From contig CAXXGO010000006.1 in assembly GCA_963666835.2 (NCBI GenBank), positions 800,001-864,000 of the forward strand: 64,000 bases of DNA, read 5' to 3'. How positions within the stretch are numbered: position 1 is the first letter of the stretch; every line of letters starts with the position of its first letter. The notes under the pieces were generated by a model. The model was not told the DNA's origin. It ran no database searches and was given only the letters and a program-made list of their open reading frames with translations. The position numbers and the translations under genes are program-made. Origin of the DNA: Phycisphaerae bacterium. GTDB taxonomy: Bacteria; Planctomycetota; Phycisphaerae; UBA1845. Shown here one piece after another: positions 19,602 through 30,248 of the stretch.

Positions 19602-20603
19602 TCAGGCTTTGTTTGGGGGCTTCCAGTCGTAGATGAGCGCGGGGTTGTCGATGTAGTGCTTGATGCGCTCACAACAGGGGAAGACTTCGCCGCCGTCAAA
19701 GGCCCGGTGATCGCAGGTTGCGCATATCGTCACCATGGGGCGGGCTTCCACTTTCCCGTCCACGACCGCAGGGGCCAGATGTACATCCCCGATGCCGAAC
19801 ATGGTGACCTCCGGCGGGATTATCACGGTCACGGTCTGATGCCCCGACATCATCATGCCGATGTTCGCCAGGGTGCAGGTAGCGCCCAGGATGTCGGAAA
19901 CCTGGAGCTTGCGGTCCTCCGGGATGTCCTTGAATTCGGGGTTCGGGCGGTACGGACGCAGGCTGGAGCGCAACCAGATCCAGAGCCCCGGCAGTCCGCT
20001 CAGGTCGAGCTGCCGCAGCGCCGTTCCCATGTACGCCCGGGCAGCCCTGCGGTACAGATCTTCCGGGTCCGTTTGCCGCGCTCGCCGGGCCAGCGTTCGC
20101 ATTTCGCTCGCCACCGTATTGAGGTCCTTCAGGTGCGGATTCCGCACGATGGGTTTGACCACGCCGTATTTGGTGTGGACCGTGAAACTCAGGTTAATGT
20201 CCTCGGCCAGGTAGAGAGTCCCGCCCGTCCGCCAGGGTGCGTAGTCGAGGAACGCATTCATCTTCGGAACGTCAAGCAGGCAGTGGGCGATGGTCTTGAG
20301 GAAGAACGCGGAGTAATTCCGGCGGAGGGCTCGAGCCAACCGCTCTTCACTCGAACGCGAACCTCCGTTCTGCTTATCCGAGTCTGTGGCCGTGCGGTTG
20401 TACTCGACCAGGTTGGTCAAGTCGAAGTGGGATATCGCCGCGGCGTGGGGAACCTTGCGCGCCGAGCGAGAGAGAACGTATCCTACGCTCCTGCGCAGAA
20501 AGCTGAGTCGCCGGGCCTCTTTCACCTTCACATGCCGGCGAAGGTACGCGACTTGGTAGTCTTGAAACACTCGGGCTCCTGTGCTCCGAAATGACCGGGC
20601 CAC
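19602..20603 (-). CDS. Stand-alone 2-oxoacid dehydrogenase E2-like acyltransferase catalytic domain
   Basis: TCTLANIG, VIIPPE, CDHRAFDG catalytic motif; no lipoyl domain; start uncertain. Confidence 0.7.
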   Translation of the reverse strand: MARSFRSTGARVFQDYQVAYLRRHVKVKEARRLSFLRRSVGYVLSRSARKVPHAAAISHFDLTNLVEYNRTATDSDKQNGGSRSSEERLARALRRNYSAFFLKTIAHCLLDVPKMNAFLDYAPWRTGGTLYLAEDINLSFTVHTKYGVVKPIVRNPHLKDLNTVASEMRTLARRARQTDPEDLYRRAARAYMGTALRQLDLSGLPGLWIWLRSSLRPYRPNPEFKDIPEDRKLQVSDILGATCTLANIGMMMSGHQTVTVIIPPEVTMFGIGDVHLAPAVVDGKVEARPMVTICATCDHRAFDGGEVFPCCERIKHYIDNPALIYDWKPPNKA

Positions 20604-21004
20604 GGCGTATCGGCCGTGGTTGCGCCCGAACCCGCCTAAAGGTCACTGCGCGCCACTATGGGGCGCACCGTGCATCCCCAACCGACTTTGGACCCATGTG
20701 CCCTTGGCAGACCGTCCCGTCAACGAGGAACCAGCCGCCTATGCCCCCGGCCGGAGCGAACAAACAGCCCGTACGGACAGTCCAGCCGCCCATTCTCCAG
20801 CATCCTAATCGTCTCTACCAGCCGTGCGATGTCAATGGGCGGTGCGTTCGCAGTTCAGGGTGGCAGGTGCCTCGGAAACGGCTGGCGAGACTGGGCAGGG
20901 CAATATGCCTCGCGTTCTTGAGCCGTTGTCCGGCCAGTTGTGGGGACATAGAATTGACTGTTCGTCGCCAAGGCTGGGCGGGGCGGCGGCAGGAGGCCTC
21001 TACC

Positions 21005-21799
21005 GTGGACGAATCCGAGATTCCCGCAAGCGTAGATCAACCTACTCCACCGCCGGCAGGCGAGTTGCCGCCCGGAGATCACCCGTTGGAGATCGCGGCC
21101 CGGGCGGGGTTCGGACCACTCAGCTCTCAGGCCAAAGACGTGTGGCACGGAGAGGGGACGCCCTGTGTATCGTGCGGGCAGCTCGTAAAACGAGACCACG
21201 AGGAATGCGCCCATTGCGGGCAGGACCTTAGCCACAACATGCTCGAGAAGATGCGAGCCATGGCCGGGCCGTGGTACGTACTCGAACACCTGCACCCGTT
21301 TCCCGGGGTCAACCTCGACCGGGTCATTCGCCAGATAAGGCGGGGGTTGCTGACCGAGACTTCCATCGTTCGCGGGCCCGGCACGGATTACCAGTGGCGC
21401 TTCGCCGTGGAAACACCGGGGCTGTGCCGGTACTTTGGGCGTTGCTGGCGCTGCCACGCCAAGGTTCCGCCGACGGCCACCTCTTGCGAAGCCTGCCATG
21501 CGTATCTCTCGCTGGAGAAGCCCACGCCGAAGACTACTGTCAAGTCCGCCGCGCCGCTGGATCACCTGAGCGAGCTGTCCGCAGCAGTCGATCGCGCAGA
21601 CCTCGGTGCCATCGAGCCGAACTGGGACGATCCGCCGCGAGTTGGGCGAATCTCCGTCACGTGGGTTGCGGCCGCGTTGATCGTTGCAGTAATCGCCCTG
21701 CTGATGTGGGTTGTGCATATTCGCGAACAGGCCGCGACGTCCAAGTCCACGCCAATACCCCGGGCGGTTGCGCCGATTTCGGCCGGCAGCCAACAGTAG
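21005..21799 (+). CDS. Double zinc-ribbon / GYF-like membrane protein
   Basis: CVSC...CAHC and CWRC...CEAC, GPWYV, SIVRGPGTDYQW, C-terminal TM; GTG start behind AGGAGG. Confidence 0.7.
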   Translation: MDESEIPASVDQPTPPPAGELPPGDHPLEIAARAGFGPLSSQAKDVWHGEGTPCVSCGQLVKRDHEECAHCGQDLSHNMLEKMRAMAGPWYVLEHLHPFPGVNLDRVIRQIRRGLLTETSIVRGPGTDYQWRFAVETPGLCRYFGRCWRCHAKVPPTATSCEACHAYLSLEKPTPKTTVKSAAPLDHLSELSAAVDRADLGAIEPNWDDPPRVGRISVTWVAAALIVAVIALLMWVVHIREQAATSKSTPIPRAVAPISAGSQQ

Positions 21800-21851
21800 C
21801 ACTCACCCGGCCCGCTCATGTTGGCGACCGTAGAATCCGCGTCCGGCGGCA

Positions 21852-23252
21852 TCAGTGCAGTGGTTTACCCCGCGTTCCCGGCGGAGTCGGTACGCCGAGC
21901 TGCTTCAGGATGGTCGGAGTCACATCATAGATGGACGCATCGTCGACCCGACCGCGGGCGGGCAGGGACGGATGGCTGTACAGGTAAGCGCCCTGCTGAG
22001 CGTGGTTGGCGTCATCCGGGCCGGTATCGTTCTCGAACGTGTGGATACTGTCGCTGCCGACCGTACCCACGCTGCGCCACCGCAGGTCACCGAAGATTAC
22101 GACAAGATCCGGAGCGATGTTGTTCACCGTGTCGTAGATGTCCTCGGGCTTGTATGCCCGGTTGCCCATCACGTTTCCTTCGTGGTCTCGAATCGCCTCG
22201 ATCTTGGCGACCAGCTCGTTGCGGAACGTGCCGTAGTCGGCCTGCTTGACCTGTCCGTTCGGCTCGCGTCCTTCCACATTGATGAACAGCCGGCCATAGT
22301 ATCCGCCCTCGCCCCAGGCCGTGGTCTTGGACCAATCGACGTCGGCTACGTTGAACCGCTGGTTAGGCTTGACCGGCTCCTTGAAACGAAGATAGCCCTC
22401 GTTAATCAGCCACTGGTTGAACATGCACCCGCCGACCATAGTTTTGGCTCCGTGGTCGCTGACGATCCACACGGCCGTGGTGTCCAGATCCATGCACTCG
22501 AGAGTCTTACCGATTTCCTCGTCGGTGTACTTGTAGTAATCGAGGATCGCGTTTTCGAACTCATTGCCCGGCTCGTAGCGGTGGTGGTTCTTGTCCATGA
22601 AGCTCCAGAAGCCGTGGTGAATTCGGTCGGTACCCATCTCGACCATCCAGAACATATCCCACGGCTTGTTCTTCAGTAGATGCCTCGCGACTTTGAACCG
22701 TCGCTCCGTCATGACGTAGATTTGCTCGAGCAGCCATTTCTTGTCGTCGGTCCGGAAGCCCTTCACGTCGACCATGTATTCCCCGACCAGCTCGGTGATT
22801 TCGTCACGCAGCGCCGGCGGATAGGTCCACTGGACCTTGGGATCGTTCGTATCCGGCGTGAGAAAGCTCGTGACCATGTGCCCCGTTACTTTCTTGTTGA
22901 TCGGATACGTCCCGGGGAATCCGAGGACGATCGACTGCTTGCCGTACATCCCGAGCGTGTCCCAGATGCGCGGCTGCTTCACTGCCAAGGACGTGGCGAT
23001 AGCCAGCTTGTCGTAGGAGTGATCCGCCCGATTACGAAAGCCGTAGATCCCCAGAGTGCCGGGGTCTTTGCTGGAGGCCATGCAGCTCCACGCCGGCACG
23101 GTGATGGGGGGGATCGTGCTCGTAAGGTTGCCGTAGGCTCCCGCCTGGGTCAGCCGTTTCGTGTGCGGAAGCTGGTCGATCCAGTCCTCGAACATCAGCG
23201 AAGGCTCGGCACAGTCCAATCCAAACACCGCGACCTTGTTAATCTCGCTCAC
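21852..23252 (-). CDS. Alkaline phosphatase superfamily type I phosphodiesterase/nucleotide pyrophosphatase
   Basis: FGLDCA, STIPPITVPAW, DRIHH, VSDHG, DDANH. Confidence 0.85.
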   Translation of the reverse strand: MSEINKVAVFGLDCAEPSLMFEDWIDQLPHTKRLTQAGAYGNLTSTIPPITVPAWSCMASSKDPGTLGIYGFRNRADHSYDKLAIATSLAVKQPRIWDTLGMYGKQSIVLGFPGTYPINKKVTGHMVTSFLTPDTNDPKVQWTYPPALRDEITELVGEYMVDVKGFRTDDKKWLLEQIYVMTERRFKVARHLLKNKPWDMFWMVEMGTDRIHHGFWSFMDKNHHRYEPGNEFENAILDYYKYTDEEIGKTLECMDLDTTAVWIVSDHGAKTMVGGCMFNQWLINEGYLRFKEPVKPNQRFNVADVDWSKTTAWGEGGYYGRLFINVEGREPNGQVKQADYGTFRNELVAKIEAIRDHEGNVMGNRAYKPEDIYDTVNNIAPDLVVIFGDLRWRSVGTVGSDSIHTFENDTGPDDANHAQQGAYLYSHPSLPARGRVDDASIYDVTPTILKQLGVPTPPGTRGKPLH

Positions 23253-23460
23253 CGCCAGTCCTTTCTTTCGCCTGTGTCACGTTGCCGCACTCTAATGGAA
23301 AAACACCGCTTCAAAGAGGGCGTCCTTCTGACGAAGGCCTCATTCCGCAAGACCCTGCGGAACGCAGCGTCAGGTGCGATTCTCGCCGCCTTAACAAGGG
23401 ATTCATCCAGGAGGCAGGCTGGGAGCCTACGCTACGACTTCTGCAGGCTAAAAACCTGCG

Positions 23461-24474
23461 TTACGACTCCAGGTACTCCATGGCCTTGGGAACCACCTGC
23501 TCCATCGCCTCTTGAAGCCCACAATCGAGGACGGCACCCGCCGCTTGGGCATGTCCGCCGCCGCCGAACCGGATAGCCAACTCGACTACAGTTAAGTTGC
23601 CGGACCCGCGGAAGTTGATCCGCGTCTTGCCCCGCTTGCCTTCCGTAAACAGTATCGCCAATCGAACCCCGTCCAGCGATCGCGGGATGTTTATCTGGTC
23701 GTCAATATCCGCGGCCGAGCACCCGGTATCGTGAATCTCATCGTAGCTTGCAGAGCTATATGCCAGATCGCCGCCAGCCGCGATTCTGGTGTTCGCGTAA
23801 ACGATGCGCAGCAGATCGAACTCACTCTTGCGCTGGCTCCGGCAGAGTCGCTCGCCCAGCTCGCCGACTTTCGCCCCGGCTTCGGTCAGCGCGGCGCAGG
23901 CCCGCAACGCCGAAGCCGTGGTGGTCGGCAGAGAGAAACCCAGAGTATCCGTCAGCATCCCGGCGTATAGTAGTGACGCGGTCACGGCATCTATCGCCCG
24001 CCCGTCCGCGCAAAGCAGGTAGTAGACCAGCTCGCAGGTGCTCCCGACTGTCTCCTCTGCCCAGTTAACGTCGCCGAACTGCGTATTGGTGCCGTGATGA
24101 TCGATGTTCACCACGGGCCGACCGGCCGACCAGTCCGTCTGGGCAAGTTCGGCCCCCACGTTGGCCCGGCTCTTTTTGGCAGTATCGCAGACGACAAACC
24201 CGTCCGCGGCCGTGAAAGCGTCCCGATTCGCCAAAGGCACTTCGGCCCACTCCGGCATGAACTCGAGCCGCTTCGAAAGCGATCCCGGCGGTAGCGCCAC
24301 GGTTGGCCGGCACGACTCATCGGCAAACGCCCGGGCCGTCGCCAGCATCGCCCCGAGGGCATCGGCGTCCGGCACGACGTGCCCGATCACGACCGGGGCG
24401 CGCAGACGCTTCAGTGCCTCAAGCACGTCACCAGGAACACTCTCCGTCGATACGGGGCTGACTGTCGTGGTCAC
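23461..24474 (-). CDS. nrnA: DHH/DHHA1 phosphoesterase (NrnA-like oligoribonuclease/pAp phosphatase)
   Basis: HVVPDADALG, NIDHH, TDT, GGGGHAQAAG; start estimated. Confidence 0.8.
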   Translation of the reverse strand: MTTTVSPVSTESVPGDVLEALKRLRAPVVIGHVVPDADALGAMLATARAFADESCRPTVALPPGSLSKRLEFMPEWAEVPLANRDAFTAADGFVVCDTAKKSRANVGAELAQTDWSAGRPVVNIDHHGTNTQFGDVNWAEETVGSTCELVYYLLCADGRAIDAVTASLLYAGMLTDTLGFSLPTTTASALRACAALTEAGAKVGELGERLCRSQRKSEFDLLRIVYANTRIAAGGDLAYSSASYDEIHDTGCSAADIDDQINIPRSLDGVRLAILFTEGKRGKTRINFRGSGNLTVVELAIRFGGGGHAQAAGAVLDCGLQEAMEQVVPKAMEYLES

Positions 24475-24500
24475 AACAATCCCAGGCCGAGGGCCACTCG

Positions 24501-25649
24501 TTACGCATTTTTCATCGAGTCGATCAGAATATCCGCGATCTCCGGCCGGGTGAACTCGGCCGGCGGTCTCTCGCCCTTGAGCAGCAGCTCGCGGACCTTC
24601 GTACCGGACAGGAAGATCTGGTCCCCCTCGAACTTGGGGAAAGTCTTCCCGCTGACCATGCCGCCGGCCTTCTTCGACCACGCGGCGTGCTCGAACTTCA
24701 GCGGGGTGATCTTCAACCCGCTGCCCGGCAGGTTCTCAAAGATCTCCTGCGCGTCGTACGTACCGTAGTAATTACCTACCCCGGCGTGATCTCGCCCGAT
24801 GATAATATGGCTGCAGCCGTAGTTCTGCCGGAGAATCGCGTGCAGGATCGCCTCGCGCGGTCCGGCGTAACGCATCGCGGCCGGCATGACCGACAGCATT
24901 GTGTGGTCCGGGTGATAGTAGTTTTCGATCAAGACCTCATAGCACTTCATCCGGACCTCGCCCGGGATGTCCCCATCCTTCGTCGCGCCCATTAGAGGGT
25001 GGATCAACAACCCGTCGCAGATCTCCTGAGCGCATTTTGTGATGTACTCGTGCGCCCGATGGATCGGGTTGCGCGTTTGAAAAGCGACGACCGTATGCCA
25101 CCCGCGCTTGCGAAAGGCCTCGCGCGTCTGCGCCGGCGTCAGACGATGTTCGGTAAACATCGGATTGTGCCGCGGGGTGACGACGTCTATCGCCCCGGCC
25201 AAACACGTGTCGCCCTCATCCATCAACACCTTGACCCCGGGATGGGCCGGGTCGTCGGTGCCGAAGGCCTTAAGAGCCTGCTTCGTCTTGTCCTGCTTGT
25301 ACTTCTCGTCAACGGTCAGATAGCCCAACAGCCGTCCGGCATCGTCGGCCAGGGCGACCCGCTGCCGGATGCCGACTTTGTCCGCTGTTGCGTTGTCGAC
25401 GGCACAGGTAATCGGCATCGGCCAGACGGTGCCGTCCGGAAGCGTCATGTGGTCGCAGACGCTGTGGTAGGCCGCCTCACCCATGAAACCTTCCAGCGGA
25501 CTCATGGCCCCGATGGCGATCATCTCCAGATCGCACTGCTGGCGCTCGGTCAGTTGTACGGTTAACTCGGGCGAAGTTGCGCTTTCCGTCGCTTCCGTCC
25601 TATTGACCAGGAAACCCCCGTGGGGCGGGGTTAATTCAGTTTGCGGCAT
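24501..25649 (-). CDS. sat: Sulfate adenylyltransferase
   Basis: PPHGG, VAFQTRNPIHRAHEY, MRYAGPREA, GRDHAGVG, SGTKVR. Confidence 0.95.
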   Translation of the reverse strand: MPQTELTPPHGGFLVNRTEATESATSPELTVQLTERQQCDLEMIAIGAMSPLEGFMGEAAYHSVCDHMTLPDGTVWPMPITCAVDNATADKVGIRQRVALADDAGRLLGYLTVDEKYKQDKTKQALKAFGTDDPAHPGVKVLMDEGDTCLAGAIDVVTPRHNPMFTEHRLTPAQTREAFRKRGWHTVVAFQTRNPIHRAHEYITKCAQEICDGLLIHPLMGATKDGDIPGEVRMKCYEVLIENYYHPDHTMLSVMPAAMRYAGPREAILHAILRQNYGCSHIIIGRDHAGVGNYYGTYDAQEIFENLPGSGLKITPLKFEHAAWSKKAGGMVSGKTFPKFEGDQIFLSGTKVRELLLKGERPPAEFTRPEIADILIDSMKNA

Positions 25650-25893
25650 TCGGAGCCCCTTTCCAGTATTAATTCACCAAGGCGGCAATGGCTTGATTCC
25701 GTCGGATCTTCCACCGGACAGCCTAGGGCGAACCGCCGTGAATCGCAACACCGCCGCCGGGCGGCGGTGCACCGCAACACCGTCCCTTGGTTGTCCGGCA
25801 AAAGCCGTACCGTAAGCGACGCGTGATAGCGAGAGACTGGTCTGACAGGCGGCTTGTCACACGTGGAGTTTCGCGTCAAGTCCACACCGCGTG

Positions 25894-25919
25894 CACTGCT
25901 CAAGAGCAGTGGCACACCC
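25894..25919 (-). repeat. GGGTG-headed REP palindrome
   Basis: Exact reverse complement of 355-380. Confidence 0.75.
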
Positions 25920-26065
25920 GAGAACCTAGTTGTGACGTGGCGTTGATCGGCTTCATTGCCCCGACGCAGCGGACCGGTGACGTTGGCGACGGGGTCAGGT
26001 CGGGCTCCGGCATTCCTTGGAGCAGCATTTCTGATGGACGCGCAGTGAGGATTCCCGGATCCGAA

Positions 26066-28501
26066 TCAACCTCCGTCGACTTTCTTCTCTTCCGTGGTAC
26101 CCGGGAATGTCGCAGACGCCGCATTGCGCCCGACCATGCTGTTCGTTTCCTTGGGTTTGGGTCTGCAAACGTCGTTTTGTGTTGGGGCAGGACACAGGGT
26201 ATCGCAATCGGAGAATTGCCCGTTGCAGGACTGGTGCAAAACACACTGAGGGTGATTATCGAAATAACAGTTGAAGCCAACGAGCTTCTCCTGGCACACG
26301 GCGCAAGCGCTATCGCGGCAGCCATTCCACGTGTTATCGCCAATCCCGTCACAGACACACCGGTCGGCCTCCGTCGGCGGAGGGCAGGCGGCATCGCAGT
26401 CTTCGTACGGCCCGATACAGGCTCTATTAAGGACGCAAGCCGTGTGATTCTCGAAATAGCAGTCGTAGCCCACGAGCTTCATCTCGCACACGGCGCATCC
26501 GCTTCCGCCGCACCCATCCCACGTGCCATCCCCGATCCCGTCGCACACGCAACGGTCCGCCTCTGTGGGCGGAGGACAATAGACGTTGCAGTCGTTGTAG
26601 ATTCCGGCGCAGGTGGTGTTCAATGCGCAGGCGGGGTTATTATCAAAGTAACAATCGTAGCCCACGAGCTTCTCGCTGCATATTGTGCAGCAATCTTCGC
26701 CGCACCCGTCCCAGACACCTTCACCGATACCGCTGCAAACGCACTCATCGGCTTCCGTCGGTGCGGGACAGGCGTAATCACAATCGGAGAACTGCCCCGC
26801 ACACGTTGTGCTCAGAACACATGACGCGTGATTGTCGAAGTAGCAGGGATAGTCGACCAGCTTCTCCTCGCACACGGCGCACCCGTCCGCGCCGCACCCG
26901 TCCCAGGTGCTGTCACCGATTCCATCGCAGACGCACCGGTCTGCCTCGGTCGGCGGGGGACAGGCGGAATCACAATCATAGAAGACCCCCATACACGTAG
27001 TGTTTAGAACACAATCTGCGTGGTTCTCGAAGTAGCAGTCGTAGCCAATCAGCTTCTCCTGGCACACCGCGCAACCGTTTCCACGGCACCCGTTCCACGT
27101 ATTGTCCCCGATTCCGTCACAAGCACAGCGGTCCGCCGCCGTTGGAGCAGGACAAGCGGCGTCGCAATCGAAGAACTCTCCATCGCACGTTGTGCTCAGA
27201 ACGCACGCAGGATGATGCTCAAAATAGCAGTTATATTCAGTGAGGTTCTCCGCGCACACGGCGCACGCGTCTGCGTCGCACCCATCCCAGGTGTTATCCC
27301 CGACGCCGTCGCACGGCGGCTGTCCCGTACCGTCGGCGTCGGAGACATAGAGGTTGACGTTGCTTACGCCTGCACTGATGAACTCTCCCGGAGTGGCCAG
27401 CTCTGCAGTATCGGCGAAGAACTCCTGGCTGCCGGAAGAGCCATGCGTACTGCTCGACAGGACATTACCGTCGGCATCCAGTCGGACCACCCATGCGTCC
27501 CGATTGGAATTCTCAGTTCCGGGGTCGGATGAATACGACTGAGTCAGACCGGTCAGCATACAGCCGCCATCGGCGGTGAGCGTGCCCCCGAGGAAAAAGT
27601 CGTTGTAGTCGCCGCCCAAGACTTGCTGCCAGAGAAGCTGCCCGGTCGGGGAGAGCTTCAATACCCACCCGTCAGTCCCGTAGAGTGCTTCTCCGCAACG
27701 CCCGGCCACGATGAAACCACCGTCAGCGGTTTGAGCTATCCACCGGGCGGTGTTCCATACGCTCGGATCTCCAAACGTCGCGGACCACATCTCATTGCCG
27801 TCTGCATCAGTCCGGACCACATACAGCAGACTCTCCAGATTCGCTCCGTCGTAGCCGTAGTAGCCTGCGAGCACGAAGCCCCCGTCCGAGGTCAGGGCTA
27901 AATCCCGGGCCACTTCCGTGGTCTCCGCCGGGCCATAGTTACGCGCCCAAATCAGATTCCCCAGGCTGTCCATCTTGACCAAGCCGGCATCATGGGCCTC
28001 GCCGTCGCGGATTGTGACCGTTCCGCAACCGATAAGGTCTCCACTACTGAGTTCTCGAATACCCCAGAGTCTGTCGAAGCCGTTCTCGCTTTGGGTCGAG
28101 CCTTCCAGATCGATGATTTTGTGCCAGAGCTCCTGGCCGTCGGCGTCCGTTCTGATGACCAGTATGTCGTCCGAGTGCCCGCCGGCCACCGGCTGCGCCT
28201 TCCCGCCAATGATGAACCCACCATCGGAGGCCGCGGCCACACCCCACCCGGCATCATAAAGCGTGTATTGATCATACAGCACCGACCAGAGCAACGCCCC
28301 ATTGGCATCCACCCGCGCAAGGAAGGGCCGCACCCCCGTTGCACTCATATACCGCCCCGTGGCAACGAATCCGTCACCAGCGATGGTGGCGACTCCGTCT
28401 CGCGTATCGATTTGGACGCCCAGATCGTGCACGTGCTCCCAAGCCACTGCCGTTGTCGTCGTCAAGCAGAGCAAACAAGCTATCACCACAGTAAACCGCA
28501 T
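26066..28501 (-). CDS. Secreted protein: beta-propeller-like N-terminal domain plus six 64-aa Cys-rich tandem repeats
   Basis: Signal peptide; repeated DGGFxxAG...(V/L)RTDADGxELW blades; six units CDGxGDxTWxGCxxxxCAVCxExLxxYxCYFxNHxxCVLxxxCxGxxxDCDxxCPxPTxADxC. Confidence 0.85.
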   Translation of the reverse strand: MRFTVVIACLLCLTTTTAVAWEHVHDLGVQIDTRDGVATIAGDGFVATGRYMSATGVRPFLARVDANGALLWSVLYDQYTLYDAGWGVAAASDGGFIIGGKAQPVAGGHSDDILVIRTDADGQELWHKIIDLEGSTQSENGFDRLWGIRELSSGDLIGCGTVTIRDGEAHDAGLVKMDSLGNLIWARNYGPAETTEVARDLALTSDGGFVLAGYYGYDGANLESLLYVVRTDADGNEMWSATFGDPSVWNTARWIAQTADGGFIVAGRCGEALYGTDGWVLKLSPTGQLLWQQVLGGDYNDFFLGGTLTADGGCMLTGLTQSYSSDPGTENSNRDAWVVRLDADGNVLSSSTHGSSGSQEFFADTAELATPGEFISAGVSNVNLYVSDADGTGQPPCDGVGDNTWDGCDADACAVCAENLTEYNCYFEHHPACVLSTTCDGEFFDCDAACPAPTAADRCACDGIGDNTWNGCRGNGCAVCQEKLIGYDCYFENHADCVLNTTCMGVFYDCDSACPPPTEADRCVCDGIGDSTWDGCGADGCAVCEEKLVDYPCYFDNHASCVLSTTCAGQFSDCDYACPAPTEADECVCSGIGEGVWDGCGEDCCTICSEKLVGYDCYFDNNPACALNTTCAGIYNDCNVYCPPPTEADRCVCDGIGDGTWDGCGGSGCAVCEMKLVGYDCYFENHTACVLNRACIGPYEDCDAACPPPTEADRCVCDGIGDNTWNGCRDSACAVCQEKLVGFNCYFDNHPQCVLHQSCNGQFSDCDTLCPAPTQNDVCRPKPKETNSMVGRNAASATFPGTTEEKKVDGG
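26162..27313 (-). repeat. Six 192-bp intragenic tandem repeats (10 conserved Cys per unit)
   Basis: Period of 64 codons read directly from the translation. Confidence 0.9.
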
Positions 28502-28841
28502 GACAGATCCTCCGAACGAGCTTCCTTAGGCAGACTGAGCGGACAAACATGACGTGCTGCGACTTCTCCTGACTGGCCCGCGCGGCGATAGTACTCCTGC
28601 GTACGGGCGGCGGCGAATCGAAAGACACGTCTTCTTTTAATCTAGCGAAAACCGCGTCAGAATGCGACAGAAAAACCTGCGAATGCGGGTGAAACGTTTG
28701 ATTATACGCCGATCGATCTGACCCGCGCGAGTGGCGGCAATTCCAGACGGAGCTTCGGACCCCTGTAAATCGCCTTACGGCGACGGTACAATGTCCATCC
28801 GGAGGGGCATCCACGGGCCGACCTACTTGGGGGAGGGGAAC

Positions 28842-29684
28842 ATGCGCATGGTGACGAATCGAATCGGCTTGGCGGTGTTAATGGGGTTTATGGCGACGCG
28901 GGCGTGCGCCCAATCAACGGCGTCGCTGGTGACCGACGCAGGCTCCGAGGCGGGCGTGACGGTGGCGTTCACGGCCAGTACCACCGCCTTCGGCAACTTG
29001 AACGGCACCGACTCGACTACCGCGGCGACTACCGGGACGGCGGAGATGACGCTTCTGCCGACGTATCCGCAGTTCTCTCACGCTATCCTCCACTCGGTCC
29101 ACTTCGAGATGGACACCGTGGTGTTTGGTTACAGCTTCCTCGCCGGCTTCGTTACGGCGCAGGTGACGTTCACCGACCTGACTCTCGATTCGACCGGGCC
29201 GGCATATGGGGGCATCGCGCCGACCGGCGATACGGCGTTTCCTGACGTGCCGTTTCATGTAGCCGGGTCCGCGCACATCGTCTGCAATGCTCTGGGCGTC
29301 AACGAGACTAGGGTGATCGACGACGTCAGCTTGGCACAACTTGATGCGAGTATTAGGGAAGCTGCCGGCGCGTTGACCCTCGATAGCATCGCGGTTCCGG
29401 CCTTCGAGGTTGATATTCCGGCCGGCGAGCTGCCCGCGGGTGTGAACTCCGTGGTAGTGAACGTGACCGTAGATGCCACCGATGTCGTTCTGCGCGGTCC
29501 GTGGGTTCCGGCCCTGCCGGGCGACTGGGACGGCGACGGTGATCTCGATCTGGCCGACTTTGCCGCGATGTCCGAATGCCTGAACGGGCCCGATGTTCCC
29601 GCAACCGGTTTCTGCATGCTCTTCGACCTGGACGACGACGGTGATGTAGACCTGGCCGATTTCGCCGTGTTTCAGAGTCAATAG
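28842..29684 (+). CDS. Secreted protein with C-terminal dockerin/EF-hand-like domain
   Basis: Signal peptide; GDWDGDGDLDLADF...FDLDDDGDVDLADF. Confidence 0.8.
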   Translation: MRMVTNRIGLAVLMGFMATRACAQSTASLVTDAGSEAGVTVAFTASTTAFGNLNGTDSTTAATTGTAEMTLLPTYPQFSHAILHSVHFEMDTVVFGYSFLAGFVTAQVTFTDLTLDSTGPAYGGIAPTGDTAFPDVPFHVAGSAHIVCNALGVNETRVIDDVSLAQLDASIREAAGALTLDSIAVPAFEVDIPAGELPAGVNSVVVNVTVDATDVVLRGPWVPALPGDWDGDGDLDLADFAAMSECLNGPDVPATGFCMLFDLDDDGDVDLADFAVFQSQ

Positions 29685-29697
29685 CCCGAAGAACGGC

Positions 29698-30195
29698 AGG
29701 GTGGCCCGGGTCCTCTTGAGTCTTCCGCGCATTGCGGATTATGATAAGTCGTTGGAGCAGGACGCATCGGACCCGGGGGACCCGGGGGAGCCGATGATTA
29801 TATCCGCTCGTAGTCAAAGGTGGGTTGCGGGCTTCCACTATGCGGCCGGGTGGCCCGTGGCTTTGGTCGTGGGGGATGCCCGTACGCAACTTCGCCTATG
29901 TCGTACGAAACCGGTGTTAAGCCCCTTGGGCGGCAGGTTCTGTAGCCCCACGGCGTAAGCCTGGGGAACCGTTCGAACGTTTCGGATCCAGCCCCTACCT
30001 TTTTGACAATTGTCACCCCTCTGCGCGACGCGCTCTCGTGTTACGTCTCGTTTCTCGACCGTTCCGTACGATGTCTTCGCGTCACCCCGTCGATTCTCCG
30101 CCGGCCCTTCGGGACGGGAGCATCGGGGGGCGAAGCGGCCCACGGGTCCCGCTTCGTTCCACCTGTGGCTACGTGGCCACAGTCCCTACGGGACG
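29698..30195. repeat. Intergenic palindrome cluster (REP-like)
   Basis: GGGTGGCCCGGGTCC...GGACCCGGG (like 171-250), CCCCACGGCGTAAGCCTGGGG, TGTGGCTACGTGGCCACA, TCCCTACGGGA. Confidence 0.55.
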
Positions 30196-30248
30196 GTTCA
30201 TCGCATGGTCGCGTGACGCGGTTAGGGATTCGCGCGACACGCGCCTTC

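Noticed and set aside
26162..27313. Multiheme cytochrome
   Set aside because: CxxC motifs are not followed by His
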